Positions 38,068-47,935 of a stretch of 64,000 bases of DNA are shown in pieces. The notes beneath the pieces are model-generated. The model worked only from the letters and a program-made list of their open reading frames with translations, searched no databases and had not been told where the DNA came from. The stretch spans positions 32,001-96,000 of the forward strand of contig OZ219865.1 in NCBI GenBank assembly GCA_964291675.2, given 5' to 3'. This stretch comes from Alphaproteobacteria bacterium. GTDB lineage: Bacteria > Pseudomonadota > Alphaproteobacteria > MPNO01. Numbering within the stretch: the first letter of the stretch is position 1; each line of letters starts with the position of its first letter. The translations under genes and the position numbers were made by a program.

Positions 38068-39233
38068 CAGGCGGCGATCCCGTATAGCCGCATGGTGTCG
38101 CGCATGCGCCCGGCGGCGAGCTCGGGATCGGGGAGCAGCCCGGCCCGGTCGGCGAGGCGGAAGATCTCGGCGAGGTGGACGGCCGAGCGCGCGCCCTGCT
38201 GCCCGCCCACCATGACGAAATGGTCCTGCAGCCCGCCGAGATAGGCCATGAACACGACGCCTGTCTTGTAGAACCGGGTCGGCGCCCGGAAGATGTGGCG
38301 CGACAGCGCCACGGTCGGCGCGAGGATGGTACGGAAATCCTCCGCCCGGTTGCCCGCCAGCGCCGCGAGCGCGGCCGAGGCGGCCGGCGCGATGGCATCG
38401 AAAATGCCGAGCAGCGCGTCCGAATACCCCTCCTCGTCGCCCTCGATCAGCTCGGGGTAGTTGAAGTCGTCGCCGGTATACATGCGCACGCCGTCGGGCA
38501 GACGGCGGCGCAGCGCGATCTCCTTGTCCTTGTCGAGCAGCGAGATCTTGATCCCGTCCACCCTGGCCGCGTTGGCCTCGATCGCCGCGAGACAGGTCTC
38601 CATCGCCGGCCAGTGGTCGTCATGCCCCCAATAGCCGGCGAGCGCCGGGTCGAACATCTCGCCCAGCCAGTGGACGATGACCGGCTCGGCGACCTGCGAC
38701 AGGATCCGGTCATAGACCCGGGCGTAGTCCTCCGGACCCCGCGCGGCGGCGGCGAGCGCGCGCGAGGCCATCAGGACGATCCGCCCGCCCGCCGCCTCGA
38801 CCGCGCCGCATTGCTCCTCATAGGCCGCGATCACGTCTTCGATGGCGAGATCCGGGTCGGGCGCGACATGGTCGGTGCCGGCGCCCGAGGCGACCACGGC
38901 GCCCGGCGTGTCCCGGGCCTCGGCGACGCTGCGGCGGATCAGCTCGAGCGAGGTCTCCCAGTCGAGCCCCATGCCGCGCTGGGCGGTGTCCATCGCCTCG
39001 GCGACGCCGAGGCCGAGCCGCCAGAGATGGCGGCGGAAGGCGAGCGTGGCCTCCCAGTCGATCGCCGGTTCGAGCCACGGGTCGTTGTCGGCCAGCGGGT
39101 CGGCGACGACATGCGCCGCGGCGAAGGCGACCCGGTTGAACGGGCGCTTCGGCGGTTCGACGGCCGCGCGCGGCGCGCCCATCTCGAAGGGCACGATCCT
39201 GCCGTCGGCGGTCGGCAGGCCGACGGTCGTCAT
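38067..39233 (-). CDS. DUF993 family (DHDPS-like TIM barrel) protein
   Basis: FAAAHVVADP, GVAEAMDTAQRGMGLDW, HWLGEMFDPAL.GYWG, GIKISLLD, MYTGDDFNY. Confidence 0.88.
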   Translation of the reverse strand: MTTVGLPTADGRIVPFEMGAPRAAVEPPKRPFNRVAFAAAHVVADPLADNDPWLEPAIDWEATLAFRRHLWRLGLGVAEAMDTAQRGMGLDWETSLELIRRSVAEARDTPGAVVASGAGTDHVAPDPDLAIEDVIAAYEEQCGAVEAAGGRIVLMASRALAAAARGPEDYARVYDRILSQVAEPVIVHWLGEMFDPALAGYWGHDDHWPAMETCLAAIEANAARVDGIKISLLDKDKEIALRRRLPDGVRMYTGDDFNYPELIEGDEEGYSDALLGIFDAIAPAASAALAALAGNRAEDFRTILAPTVALSRHIFRAPTRFYKTGVVFMAYLGGLQDHFVMVGGQQGARSAVHLAEIFRLADRAGLLPDPELAAGRMRDTMRLYGIAA

Positions 39234-40387
39234 GCCGGCGCCTCCAGCGGCTCGACGTCGATCCAGCGCCGCTCCTCCCAGCTCTGCATCGCGCGCTCGG
39301 CGAGCTGCACGCCCTTGGCGCCCTCCAGCAGGTTCCAGGTGAACGGGCCGTCGTCGTAGAGCGAGCGGATGAACATCTCCCATTCGGTCCTGAAACCGTT
39401 GTCGAAGGAGAGGTCGGCGCCGTACTCCCGCCAGGTGCCGAAGAAGTCGATGGTCTGCGGCTCGTCGGGGTTCCAGACCGGCGAGGGCGTCGCATCGCGG
39501 TCCTGGACGAAGCAGCGCGTCAGCCCCGACACCGCCGCGCCGAGCGCCCCGTCGGCGTGGAAGGTCACCAGATCGTCCTTGCGCACCCGGGTGCACCAGG
39601 AGGCGAAGATCTGGGCGACGGCGCCGCCTTCCAGCTCGATCAGCGCGCAGGACGCATCGTCGGCATCGGCGTCGTAGGGCTCGCCGTCCTCGTCCCAGCG
39701 CCTGTCGAAATTGACCGCGCCCCGGCAGACCACGCTCTTCACCTTGCCGAACACGTTGTCCAGCACGTAGCGCCAGTGCGGCATCATGTCGAGGATGATC
39801 CCGCCGGCATCGGCCTTGCGGTAGTTCCAGGACGGGCGCTGCGCCGGCCGCCAGTCGCCCTCGAACACCCAGTAGCCGAAATCGATCTTGACCGAGAGCA
39901 GCCGGCCGAGGACGCCGTCGTCGATCAGCCGCTTCATCTTGAGCAGGCCGGGGAGGAAGATCTTGTCCTGCACGACGCCGTGGCGGATGCCCGCCTTTTC
40001 GGCGCGGCGCCAGACGTCGAGCGCGTCCTCCAGCGTCGCCGCCGACGGCTTCTCGCAGTAGATGTGCTTGCCCGCGTCGATGGCTTTGCGCAGGATCCCG
40101 GCGCGATGGACGGTGCTCGCGGTATCGAAGAACAGCGGATAGTCGGGGTCCCGGATGGCCGCGTCGAGATCGGTCGTCCACTTGTCGTAGCCGTGCGCCG
40201 CGGCGAGCGCGGCGAGCTTGTCTTCGCTGCGCCCGACGAACAGCGGGTCGGGCACGATCCGCCGCCCGTCGCTCAACGCCACGCCGCCGTCCTCGCGGAT
40301 CTTCTTGATCGAGCGGATGAGGTGCTGGTTGGTGCCCATCCGGCCGCTGACGCCGTTCATCGCCACGCCGAGACGTATGTCGGCCAT
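39230..40387 (-). CDS. Gfo/Idh/MocA family oxidoreductase
   Basis: MNGVSGRMGTNQHL, KHIYCEKP, FGYWVFEG, GGIILDMMPHW. Confidence 0.9.
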   Translation of the reverse strand: MADIRLGVAMNGVSGRMGTNQHLIRSIKKIREDGGVALSDGRRIVPDPLFVGRSEDKLAALAAAHGYDKWTTDLDAAIRDPDYPLFFDTASTVHRAGILRKAIDAGKHIYCEKPSAATLEDALDVWRRAEKAGIRHGVVQDKIFLPGLLKMKRLIDDGVLGRLLSVKIDFGYWVFEGDWRPAQRPSWNYRKADAGGIILDMMPHWRYVLDNVFGKVKSVVCRGAVNFDRRWDEDGEPYDADADDASCALIELEGGAVAQIFASWCTRVRKDDLVTFHADGALGAAVSGLTRCFVQDRDATPSPVWNPDEPQTIDFFGTWREYGADLSFDNGFRTEWEMFIRSLYDDGPFTWNLLEGAKGVQLAERAMQSWEERRWIDVEPLEAPA

Positions 40388-40455
40388 GCGAGCCTCCCGG
40401 TCTGCCCGGCGAAGGATCGCCCATCGGGGCGCGCAGATCAAACCTGGCCTCGGCG

Positions 40456-41262
40456 ATGAGCCTGCCCGAGATCCCCGAATCCGAAGCCGCCGGGCGTACC
40501 GCCGAGATCTATCGCGCGATCCTGGCGGCCACGGGCCTGCCCTCGACGAATCTGGTGTGGCGGCACATGGCGAGCCGTCCCGGCGTGCTCGAATGGGCCT
40601 ATGACGCCCTGGAGGCGGCGTTTTCGGCCGGTGCCTTCCGCGCCCTCGGCGCCGAAATCGCAGCCGCGATGCCGCCCGCCCCGATGCGGCCGCTGGCGGG
40701 ATCGGAGGGCCTGGACCGCGCGACCCTGGAGCGGGCCGCGTCCGTGATGGCGTTCTACAACCGTGCCAACCCGGTCAACCTGGTCGCGCTTTGCGCGCTG
40801 CGCCGCGCGCTGGCGGGCGAAACCTCCGAGGCCGACATCCCTCCGGCATTGCCGGCCGGCGATCGGCTGCCCGCGCTGCCGGCGGTCGCCCGCGACGTGG
40901 ATTCGGAGACCCGGGCCCGCATGGCGTCGATGGCGCGAACGATCAACGATACCGACAGCGCGCTGATGCCGACCGCGCTGCGTCATCTGGCCAACTGGCC
41001 GCCGGTCCTAGCGGCGCTCGACCGCCGGGTCGAGGCGCTCGCGGCCTCGGGCGCGCTCGACGCGGGCGCCGCGGCGATCCTGGAGCGCGCGGAGGCGGCG
41101 GCGCGGCGCATCCCGCTGAAATCCCCCGGGTCGGGAGAGCCGGGGGCGGAGACGAGGGATGCGCTCGAAGCCACGATCGACCTCTTCGTCCGGCCGATCT
41201 CGCGCATGATCGTCGTCGGGCGCGGGTTCGAGGCGGCGATCCGGGCGGCGCCGGACCGGTGA
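40456..41262 (+). CDS. Hypothetical helical protein, DehI (group I haloacid dehalogenase)/AhpD-like
   Basis: [17 protein letters not shown]...[11 protein letters not shown] and an internal repeat [11 protein letters not shown]. Confidence 0.55.
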   Translation: MSLPEIPESEAAGRTAEIYRAILAATGLPSTNLVWRHMASRPGVLEWAYDALEAAFSAGAFRALGAEIAAAMPPAPMRPLAGSEGLDRATLERAASVMAFYNRANPVNLVALCALRRALAGETSEADIPPALPAGDRLPALPAVARDVDSETRARMASMARTINDTDSALMPTALRHLANWPPVLAALDRRVEALAASGALDAGAAAILERAEAAARRIPLKSPGSGEPGAETRDALEATIDLFVRPISRMIVVGRGFEAAIRAAPDR

Positions 41263-42371
41263 CCGAGCGGGTCGAATGCGCGGTGATCGGGGCCGGGGTG
41301 ATCGGCCTCGCCGTCGCGCGCCGCCTCGCCCTGGCCGGCATCGAGGTGGTGATCCTCGAACGCGCCGAGGCGATCGGCACCGAGACCAGCTCGCGCAACA
41401 GCGAGATCGTCCATGCCGGCATCTACTACCCGACCGGCAGCCTGAAGGCGCGGAGCTGCGTCGCCGGCAAGCACGCGCTCTACGACTATTGCGCGGCGAA
41501 CGGCATCGCGCACCGGCGCTGCGGCAAGATCGTCGTCGCCACCGAGGACGGCCAGGTGGACGAGCTCGCTGCGCTGAAGGAGAGAGCGGCGGCGAACGGG
41601 GTCGACGACCTCGCCTGGCTCACCCCGTCCGAGGTGGCGGAAATGGAGCCGGCGGTCCGTTGCGTGGCGGCGCTGCACTCGCCCTCGACCGGGATCGTCG
41701 ATTCGCACGGCCTCATGCTGTCCTTCCAGGGCGAGGCCGAGGCGTGCGGAGCGATGATCGCCTACCACGCGCCGGTCGCCGGCGGCCGGGTCGAGGACGA
41801 CGGCATCGTGGTCGATGTCGGCGGCGAGACGCCGATGGCGCTGAAGGCGGACCGGCTGGTGAACGCGGCCGGACTCTGGGCGCCCGCGATCGCGCGGACC
41901 GTCGCCGGGCTCGATCCGGCGAGCGTGCCCGGCGACTATCTCTGCAAGGGCAACTACTACACGCTGGCCGGGAGGTCGCCCTTCACCCGCCCGGTCTACC
42001 CGGTGCCCGAGAAGGCCGGGCTCGGCGTCCACGTCACGGTCGATCTCGCGGGGCAGGCCCGGTTCGGGCCGGATGTCGAGTGGATCGATTCGATCGACTA
42101 CGACGTCGATCCGGGCCGGGCGGATGCGTTCTACGCGGCGATCCGGCGCTACTGGCCGGGTCTGCCGGACGGCGCGATCCAGGCGGGCTATGCCGGGATC
42201 CGGCCCAAGCTCCAGGCGCCGGGCGAGCCGGCCGCCGATTTCGTCGTCCAGGGCCCGTCGGTGCACGGCATCGACGGGCTGGTCAATCTTTACGGCATCG
42301 AATCGCCCGGGCTGACCGCCTCGCTCGCGCTCGCCGACATGGTGGCGGAAATTTTGTCGGGCAAGTATTGA
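41259..42371 (+). CDS. FAD-dependent oxidoreductase, L-2-hydroxyglutarate oxidase-like
   Basis: [46 protein letters not shown]; GTGA overlap. Confidence 0.88.
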   Translation: MTERVECAVIGAGVIGLAVARRLALAGIEVVILERAEAIGTETSSRNSEIVHAGIYYPTGSLKARSCVAGKHALYDYCAANGIAHRRCGKIVVATEDGQVDELAALKERAAANGVDDLAWLTPSEVAEMEPAVRCVAALHSPSTGIVDSHGLMLSFQGEAEACGAMIAYHAPVAGGRVEDDGIVVDVGGETPMALKADRLVNAAGLWAPAIARTVAGLDPASVPGDYLCKGNYYTLAGRSPFTRPVYPVPEKAGLGVHVTVDLAGQARFGPDVEWIDSIDYDVDPGRADAFYAAIRRYWPGLPDGAIQAGYAGIRPKLQAPGEPAADFVVQGPSVHGIDGLVNLYGIESPGLTASLALADMVAEILSGKY

Positions 42372-42395
42372 ACCCGCCGATTCGATCCCCACATC
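42367..42395 (+). promoter_or_regulatory. Candidate RpoH (sigma32) promoter of the small heat-shock gene
   Basis: TTGAA-N15-CCCCACAT upstream of Hsp20 resembles the alphaproteobacterial sigma32 consensus. Confidence 0.55.
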
Positions 42396-42487
42396 GATGG
42401 TTGTCGAACGCCTGACGGGTTCGACGAACCCGGCCGACCCCAAGGGTGGCCACACACGCGAATCGCTCAACCAAGGAGGATTCTGAC

Positions 42488-42946
42488 ATGCGCGATTTCG
42501 ATTTCTCCCCCCTGTTCCGCTCCGCCATCGGTTTCGACCGTCTGCCGTCGCTGATCGACACGGCGCTGCGCAGCGACGTCTCGGTCGGGTCCTACCCGCC
42601 CTACAACATCGAGAAGGTCGCCGACGACGCCTACCGGGTCACCCTGGCGGTGGCCGGCTTCGGACTCGACGACCTGACGGTCGAGATGCGCGACGGCCTG
42701 TTGATCGTCAGGGGCGCCAAGCCCGAGGGCGACAAGAAGGCCAGCTATCTCCATCGCGGCATCGCCGAGCGCGCGTTCGAGCGCCGGTTCCAGCTCGCCG
42801 AGCATGTCGAGGTGCGCAACGCCGCGCTCGACAACGGCCTGCTCGCCATCGACCTGGTGCGCGAGGTGCCGGAGGCGCTCAAGCCGCGCAGCATCGAGGT
42901 CAAGGCCGGCGGACCGGCGGTGATCGAGGCCAGGAAGGCCGCGTAG
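42488..42946 (+). CDS. ibpA: Small heat-shock protein Hsp20 (IbpA type)
   Basis: DFSPLFRSAIGFDRL, YPPYNIEK, YLHRGIAERAFERRFQLA, NGLL; AAGGAGG RBS. Confidence 0.93.
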   Translation: MRDFDFSPLFRSAIGFDRLPSLIDTALRSDVSVGSYPPYNIEKVADDAYRVTLAVAGFGLDDLTVEMRDGLLIVRGAKPEGDKKASYLHRGIAERAFERRFQLAEHVEVRNAALDNGLLAIDLVREVPEALKPRSIEVKAGGPAVIEARKAA

Positions 42947-42965
42947 ACCACGGTTTCGGACTACA

Positions 42966-43002
42966 GAGGGGCCGGGCGGTCGCGCCGTCCGGCTCCCTTC
43001 TT
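42966..43002 (+). terminator. Probable intrinsic terminator after ibpA
   Basis: GGGGCCGGGCGG-TCGCG-CCGTCCGGCTCC hairpin followed by CTTCTT. Confidence 0.6.
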
Positions 43003-43128
43003 GACAAAACCGCAAGAGCGCACAAGTTTCTGGCTGCCCCGACCGAACCCATCCAGGAAAGCCCCGGTGAAGCCCCGCTCCGCCCCAGCAACATTTCGGC
43101 GACCGGATCGCGTTGAGGTGCCCGGGCG

Positions 43129-44073
43129 ATGAGTGAAATGCTCCGCATCCGGGACCTCACCAAGCGATTCGGCGCGCTGACCGCCGTCGACGACATCAGC
43201 CTCGCCGTGGACCGTGGCGAGGTGCTCGGCTTTCTCGGCCCCAACGGCGCCGGCAAGTCGACCACGATGAAAATGGTCACCGGCTTCCTGCCGCCGACAT
43301 CGGGGACCGCCGAAATCTGCGGTTTCGACGTCACCCGGGACCCGATCGAGGTCAAGCGCCGGGTCGGCTACCTGCCCGAGGGCGCGCCGCTGTACGAGGA
43401 CATGACGCCGGCGGCCTTCCTCAACTTCGTCAGCGAGGTGCGCGGCATCCCGGCCGCCGAACGGGCCGGCGCGATCGAGCGGGCGGCCGGGCTGATCCAT
43501 ATCGGCGAGGTGATGCTGCAGCCGATCGGCACGCTGTCGAAGGGCTACAAGCGGCGCGTCGGCCTCGCCCAGGCGATCGTGCACGACCCCGAGGTGCTGA
43601 TCCTCGACGAGCCCACCGACGGGCTCGACCCCAACCAGAAGCACGAGGTGCGCGAGCTGATCGCCAAGATGGCCGAGGACAAGGCGATCGTCATCTCGAC
43701 GCATCTGCTGGAGGAGGTCGAGGCGGTCTGCACCCGCGCGGTGATCATCTCGCGCGGCAGGGTCGTGGTCGACGGCACGCCGGACGAGCTGCTCGCCCGG
43801 TCGCGCTACCGCAACGCGGTGAGCGTACGCACCGCGCTCGCCCAGGCCGACGCGGTCTCCGCCGTGCTCCAGTCCGTCGAGGCGATCGAACGGGTCGAGG
43901 CGGGCACCCGGGACAGCCAGAGCGCCGAGCTCGTCGCTTTGCCCGCGAATGGCGCGGTGATCCTGCCGCTGGTGTCGCAGACGCTGCATTCCAACGGGCT
44001 GAGCGTTTACGAGATATCGGTGGAGCGCGGCCGGCTGGACGAGGTGTTCCGCTCCCTCACGGTCGGCGAATAG
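43129..44073 (+). CDS. ABC-2 type exporter ATP-binding protein (GldA-like)
   Basis: GPNGAGKS, LSKGYKRRVGLAQA, LILDEPTDGLDPNQ, STH. Confidence 0.93.
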   Translation: MSEMLRIRDLTKRFGALTAVDDISLAVDRGEVLGFLGPNGAGKSTTMKMVTGFLPPTSGTAEICGFDVTRDPIEVKRRVGYLPEGAPLYEDMTPAAFLNFVSEVRGIPAAERAGAIERAAGLIHIGEVMLQPIGTLSKGYKRRVGLAQAIVHDPEVLILDEPTDGLDPNQKHEVRELIAKMAEDKAIVISTHLLEEVEAVCTRAVIISRGRVVVDGTPDELLARSRYRNAVSVRTALAQADAVSAVLQSVEAIERVEAGTRDSQSAELVALPANGAVILPLVSQTLHSNGLSVYEISVERGRLDEVFRSLTVGE

Positions 44074-44090
44074 GGCGCGGGGAGGGCGCG

Positions 44091-44825
44091 ATGCGGGCAA
44101 CGACTGCGATCTGCAAGCGCGAGCTGATCGCCTATTTCTCGACGCCGCTGGCCTATGTGTTCATCGTCATCTTCCTCGCCTTGACCGGCGCGGTGACGTT
44201 CTATTTCGGCGGCTTCTTCGACCGCGGCCAGGCCGACCTTCAGGTCTTCTTCTCCTTCCACCCCTGGCTTTACCTGTTCCTCATCCCGGCGGTCGGGATG
44301 CGGCTGTGGGCCGAGGAGCGCAAGACCGGGACGATCGAGCTGCTGATGACGCTGCCGGTCTCGACCACCCATGCGGTGCTCGGCAAGTTCCTGGCGTCGT
44401 GGATCTTCGCCGCCATCGCGCTGGCGCTCACCTTCCCGATGTGGATCACCGTCAACTATCTCGGCGCGCCGGATAACGGGGTGATCGTGGCGGGTTACAT
44501 CGCAAGCCTGCTGATGGCCGGCGCGTTCCTCTCCATCGGCTGCTTCGTATCGGCGCTCACCCGCAACCAGGTGATCGCCTTCGTGATCGCCGCCGCCGTC
44601 TGCTTCGTCTTCATGATGAGCGGGCTGGAGCTGGTGCTCGCCGCCTTCAAGGGCTGGGCGCCCGCCTTCCTGGTGGATCTGATCGCCTCGCTCAGCTTCC
44701 TCACCCATTTCGAGGGCATCATCAAGGGCGTGCTCGACATCCGCGACGTCATCTACCTGGTCTCCGCGATGGTGATCTTCCTGTTCGCCAACCGGCTGGT
44801 GATCGATCTCAAGAGGGGAGACTGA
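44091..44825 (+). CDS. ABC-2 type permease (GldF-like)
   Basis: RELIAYFSTPLAY, MRLWAEERKTGTIELLMTLP, LGKF, LTRNQ. Confidence 0.92.
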   Translation: MRATTAICKRELIAYFSTPLAYVFIVIFLALTGAVTFYFGGFFDRGQADLQVFFSFHPWLYLFLIPAVGMRLWAEERKTGTIELLMTLPVSTTHAVLGKFLASWIFAAIALALTFPMWITVNYLGAPDNGVIVAGYIASLLMAGAFLSIGCFVSALTRNQVIAFVIAAAVCFVFMMSGLELVLAAFKGWAPAFLVDLIASLSFLTHFEGIIKGVLDIRDVIYLVSAMVIFLFANRLVIDLKRGD

Positions 44826-44827
44826 CC

Positions 44828-46738
44828 GTGGCCGCCTGGGACCGGCGCAAGCTGGGCGTCGCGGGGCTGGTCCTCGCGGTGATCCTGTTCCTCGCCGTCA
44901 ACATCTTCGCCAACGGAGCGATCAGGAATATTCAGGCCGATCTGACCGAGAAGGGCCTGTATTCGGTCTCGGCGGGGACCGAGAAGGTGCTCGCCGACCT
45001 GAAGGAGCCGGTGACGCTGCGCTATTTCGTGTCGCGCAGCCTGATCGACCTCAGCCCCGGGCTCGGCACCTACTCGCAGCGCGTGCTCGAGCTTCTGCAA
45101 CGCTATGTCGACGCCGCCGGCGGCAAGATCCGCCTCGAGATCGTCGACCCCAAGCCGTTCTCCAACGAGGAGGACCGCGCGGTCGGGTTCGGGCTGCAGG
45201 GGGTGCCGCTCAACGATGCCGGAGAGCTCGGCTATTTCGGGCTCGCCGGCACCAACACCACCGACGACCAGGACGTGATCGGCTTCCTCCAGCCGCAGCG
45301 CGAGCCGTTTCTCGAATACGACCTGACGCGGCTGGTGCACAACCTCGCCCACCCGAAGAAGAAGGTCATCGGGCTGGTCTCCGGCATTCCGATCGACGCC
45401 GATCCCGCGAACCAGTACAAGCCGTGGCGCGTGGTCGAGCAGATCAAGCAGTTCTTCGAGATCAAGAGCCTGGGGCTGGAGCCCGAGATCACCGACGACA
45501 TCGACGTGCTGATGATCGTCCACCCCTTCGGCCTGTCGGACAAGACGCTGTATGCCATCGACCAGTTCGTCATGGCGGGCGGCAAGACCATGGTGTTCGT
45601 CGACCCCTATGCCGAGGAAGGCTCGCGCTCCAACGCGGCGATGCGCCTGCCGCCCGACCAGGGCTCCAATCTGGAGAAGCTGTTCCAGGCATGGGGCGTC
45701 GACTACGTCCAGGACAAGGTGCTCGCCGATCTCGGCCTCGCCCAGCGGGTGCAGGCGGCCGTCGACGCGCAGGGCCGCCCGGTGATCACCAACTACGTCT
45801 CCTGGCTGTCCTTCCCGGCGGACCGGCTCAGGCGGGACGACGTGATCACCGGCCAGCTCGAAGCGATCAACGTCGCCACCGCCGGCTTTCTCGCCAAGGC
45901 GAAGGACGCCGACATCGCCTTCGATCCGCTGATCGTCTCGACCGAGACGTCGGCGCCGATGGATGCGCAGAAATTCCGCTTCCAGCCCAACCCGGCCGAG
46001 ATCCTCAAGGAGTTCGTCCCGGAGGAGGGGCAGCTGACCCTCGCCGCGCGGCTCAGCGGCAAGCTCAAGAGCGCCTTCCCCGACGGCCCGCCGGAGGACA
46101 AGGACAAGAAGGACGAGGCCGACGACGAGAAGGCGCCCGCCAGGCCCCATCTCGCGGAGTCCGCGGATGTCGTCAACCTGATCGTGGTCGCCGACAGCGA
46201 CATCCTGGCCGACACGTTCTGGCTCCAGATCCAGGACTTCTTCGGCCAGCGCATGGTCGTGCCGACGGCCAACAACGCCGACTTCGTGATCAACGCGCTC
46301 GACAATCTGTCCGGTTCGAGCGAGCTGATCGGGCTGCGCAGCCGCGGCTTCTCCGACCGTCCCTTCGACCGGGTGATGGAGATCCAGCGGGCGGCCGAGC
46401 TGCAATACCGCGACCGGGAACGCGCGCTGCTGGAGGAGCTCAAGGAGGTCGAGGGCAAGCTCAAGGACCTGACCACCAAGGAGCAGGAGAGCGCGGCGGT
46501 GATCCTGACCGACAAGCAGCAGCAGGCGATCGCGGACTTCCGGCGCCAGATCATCAAGGTGCGGGGCGAGCTCAGGGACGTGCGCCGGGCGCTGCGCGAG
46601 GACATCGACACCCTCGATGGCTGGATCAAGATCCTCAACATTGCCGCCATGCCGGCGCTGATCGCGCTGTTGGCGATCGGCCTGCTGGTCGCGCGCAACC
46701 GGCGGACCCGGCGGCGCTACGCCGGGTCCCTCGGATGA
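44828..46738 (+). CDS. GldG family ABC auxiliary component
   Basis: ADLTEKGLYSVS, LEYDLTR, YAIDQFVMAGGK, DSD, NADFVINALDNL.G...LIGLRSR; N- and C-terminal TM. Confidence 0.9.
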   Translation: MAAWDRRKLGVAGLVLAVILFLAVNIFANGAIRNIQADLTEKGLYSVSAGTEKVLADLKEPVTLRYFVSRSLIDLSPGLGTYSQRVLELLQRYVDAAGGKIRLEIVDPKPFSNEEDRAVGFGLQGVPLNDAGELGYFGLAGTNTTDDQDVIGFLQPQREPFLEYDLTRLVHNLAHPKKKVIGLVSGIPIDADPANQYKPWRVVEQIKQFFEIKSLGLEPEITDDIDVLMIVHPFGLSDKTLYAIDQFVMAGGKTMVFVDPYAEEGSRSNAAMRLPPDQGSNLEKLFQAWGVDYVQDKVLADLGLAQRVQAAVDAQGRPVITNYVSWLSFPADRLRRDDVITGQLEAINVATAGFLAKAKDADIAFDPLIVSTETSAPMDAQKFRFQPNPAEILKEFVPEEGQLTLAARLSGKLKSAFPDGPPEDKDKKDEADDEKAPARPHLAESADVVNLIVVADSDILADTFWLQIQDFFGQRMVVPTANNADFVINALDNLSGSSELIGLRSRGFSDRPFDRVMEIQRAAELQYRDRERALLEELKEVEGKLKDLTTKEQESAAVILTDKQQQAIADFRRQIIKVRGELRDVRRALREDIDTLDGWIKILNIAAMPALIALLAIGLLVARNRRTRRRYAGSLG

Positions 46739-46766
46739 TCGCGGCCCGGCCCGTGGAGATCCTGCG

Positions 46767-47816
46767 ATGAAGCCCCGTTCGTTCCTGGCGCTCGCCGGGC
46801 TGACCGTCCTGGCGGTGATCGCCGCCGTGCTGGCGGTGGTCGACCAGCCCGCTCTGACCACGCTCACCAAGGGCGAGGAGAAGGTGTTCGAGAGTCTGTC
46901 CGAACGCCTGAACGAAGCCGCCGAGCTGGTCGTCCGGTCCAACGCAGCGACGTTCTCGATCGTCAAGACCGGCGACGGCTGGGGGATGAAGGACCGCGCG
47001 GAATATCCGGTCCATTTCGACAAGGTGAAGACCGCCCTGGTCTCGCTCTCGGAGCTCAGGCTGCTGGAGGGCAAGACCAGCGACCCGGCGCGCTACAAGC
47101 GGCTCGAGGTCGAGGAGCCCGACGCCGAGGAAGCCCAGTCGGTGCGTTTCGAGCTCAAGGACGGCGCCGGCGAGTCGATGGCGTCCGGCCTCATCGGCAG
47201 GCTCAACCCCAACCTGTTCGGCGATGGCGGCGGCGGCACCTATCTGCGGCGCGGCAAGGAGGAACAGTCCTGGCTTGCCGCCGGCGAGGTGACGCTCGGC
47301 AAGACGCGCAACGACTGGCTGGTCCGCGACATCGTCGACATCGCCGCCGAGCAGGTGCGCCGCGCGGTCATCCGCCAGCCCGGCGGGGCCGAGATCGCGG
47401 TCACCCAAGAGAAGCCCGACAGCGGCGAGTACAAGCTCGACGGCGTGCCTGAAGGACGCAAGCTCAAGGATTCGAACGAGGCCAAGAACCTGGCCGGCGG
47501 GTTGTGGCGGCTGACATTCGAGGACGTGAAGCCGGCCGCCGACGTGCCGTTTCCGGAACGGATCAATGTCAGCGTCTACGAGACCTTCGACGGGCTCAGG
47601 GTCCACATCGAGATGACGACGGTCGACAAGGTGGTGTGGGGGCGGTTCTCCGCCACCGCCGAGGGCGCGAGCGGCGACAAGGCGGACGAGGTCAGGAAGA
47701 AGGCCGAGGAGATCACCGCCCGCGCCAAGGGCTGGGTCTACGAGCTCTCCGCCGGCGAGGGCGAGCGGCTGACCACCAGGATCGAGGACATCCTCGAAGA
47801 ACCGAAGAAGAGCTGA
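46767..47816 (+). CDS. DUF4340 family protein
   Basis: N-terminal anchor, EGKTSDPARYKRLEV, TYLRR; usual fourth gene after gldAFG-like genes. Confidence 0.8.
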   Translation: MKPRSFLALAGLTVLAVIAAVLAVVDQPALTTLTKGEEKVFESLSERLNEAAELVVRSNAATFSIVKTGDGWGMKDRAEYPVHFDKVKTALVSLSELRLLEGKTSDPARYKRLEVEEPDAEEAQSVRFELKDGAGESMASGLIGRLNPNLFGDGGGGTYLRRGKEEQSWLAAGEVTLGKTRNDWLVRDIVDIAAEQVRRAVIRQPGGAEIAVTQEKPDSGEYKLDGVPEGRKLKDSNEAKNLAGGLWRLTFEDVKPAADVPFPERINVSVYETFDGLRVHIEMTTVDKVVWGRFSATAEGASGDKADEVRKKAEEITARAKGWVYELSAGEGERLTTRIEDILEEPKKS

Positions 47817-47935
47817 CCGGGCACGCCCCCGGCGGATTTCCCCGGCTCGCGCCCGCCGGGCGGCGGATTGACACCCGCCGGACGGCTCCCGATCATCGCG
47901 CCCGCGCCCGTTCCAACCGCCGGAAGGCTGCCGTC

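Noticed and set aside
38067-40424. 785-aa ORF as a Gfo/Idh/MocA-DUF993 fusion
   Set aside because: The oxidoreductase is in another frame; DUF993 starts at 39233.
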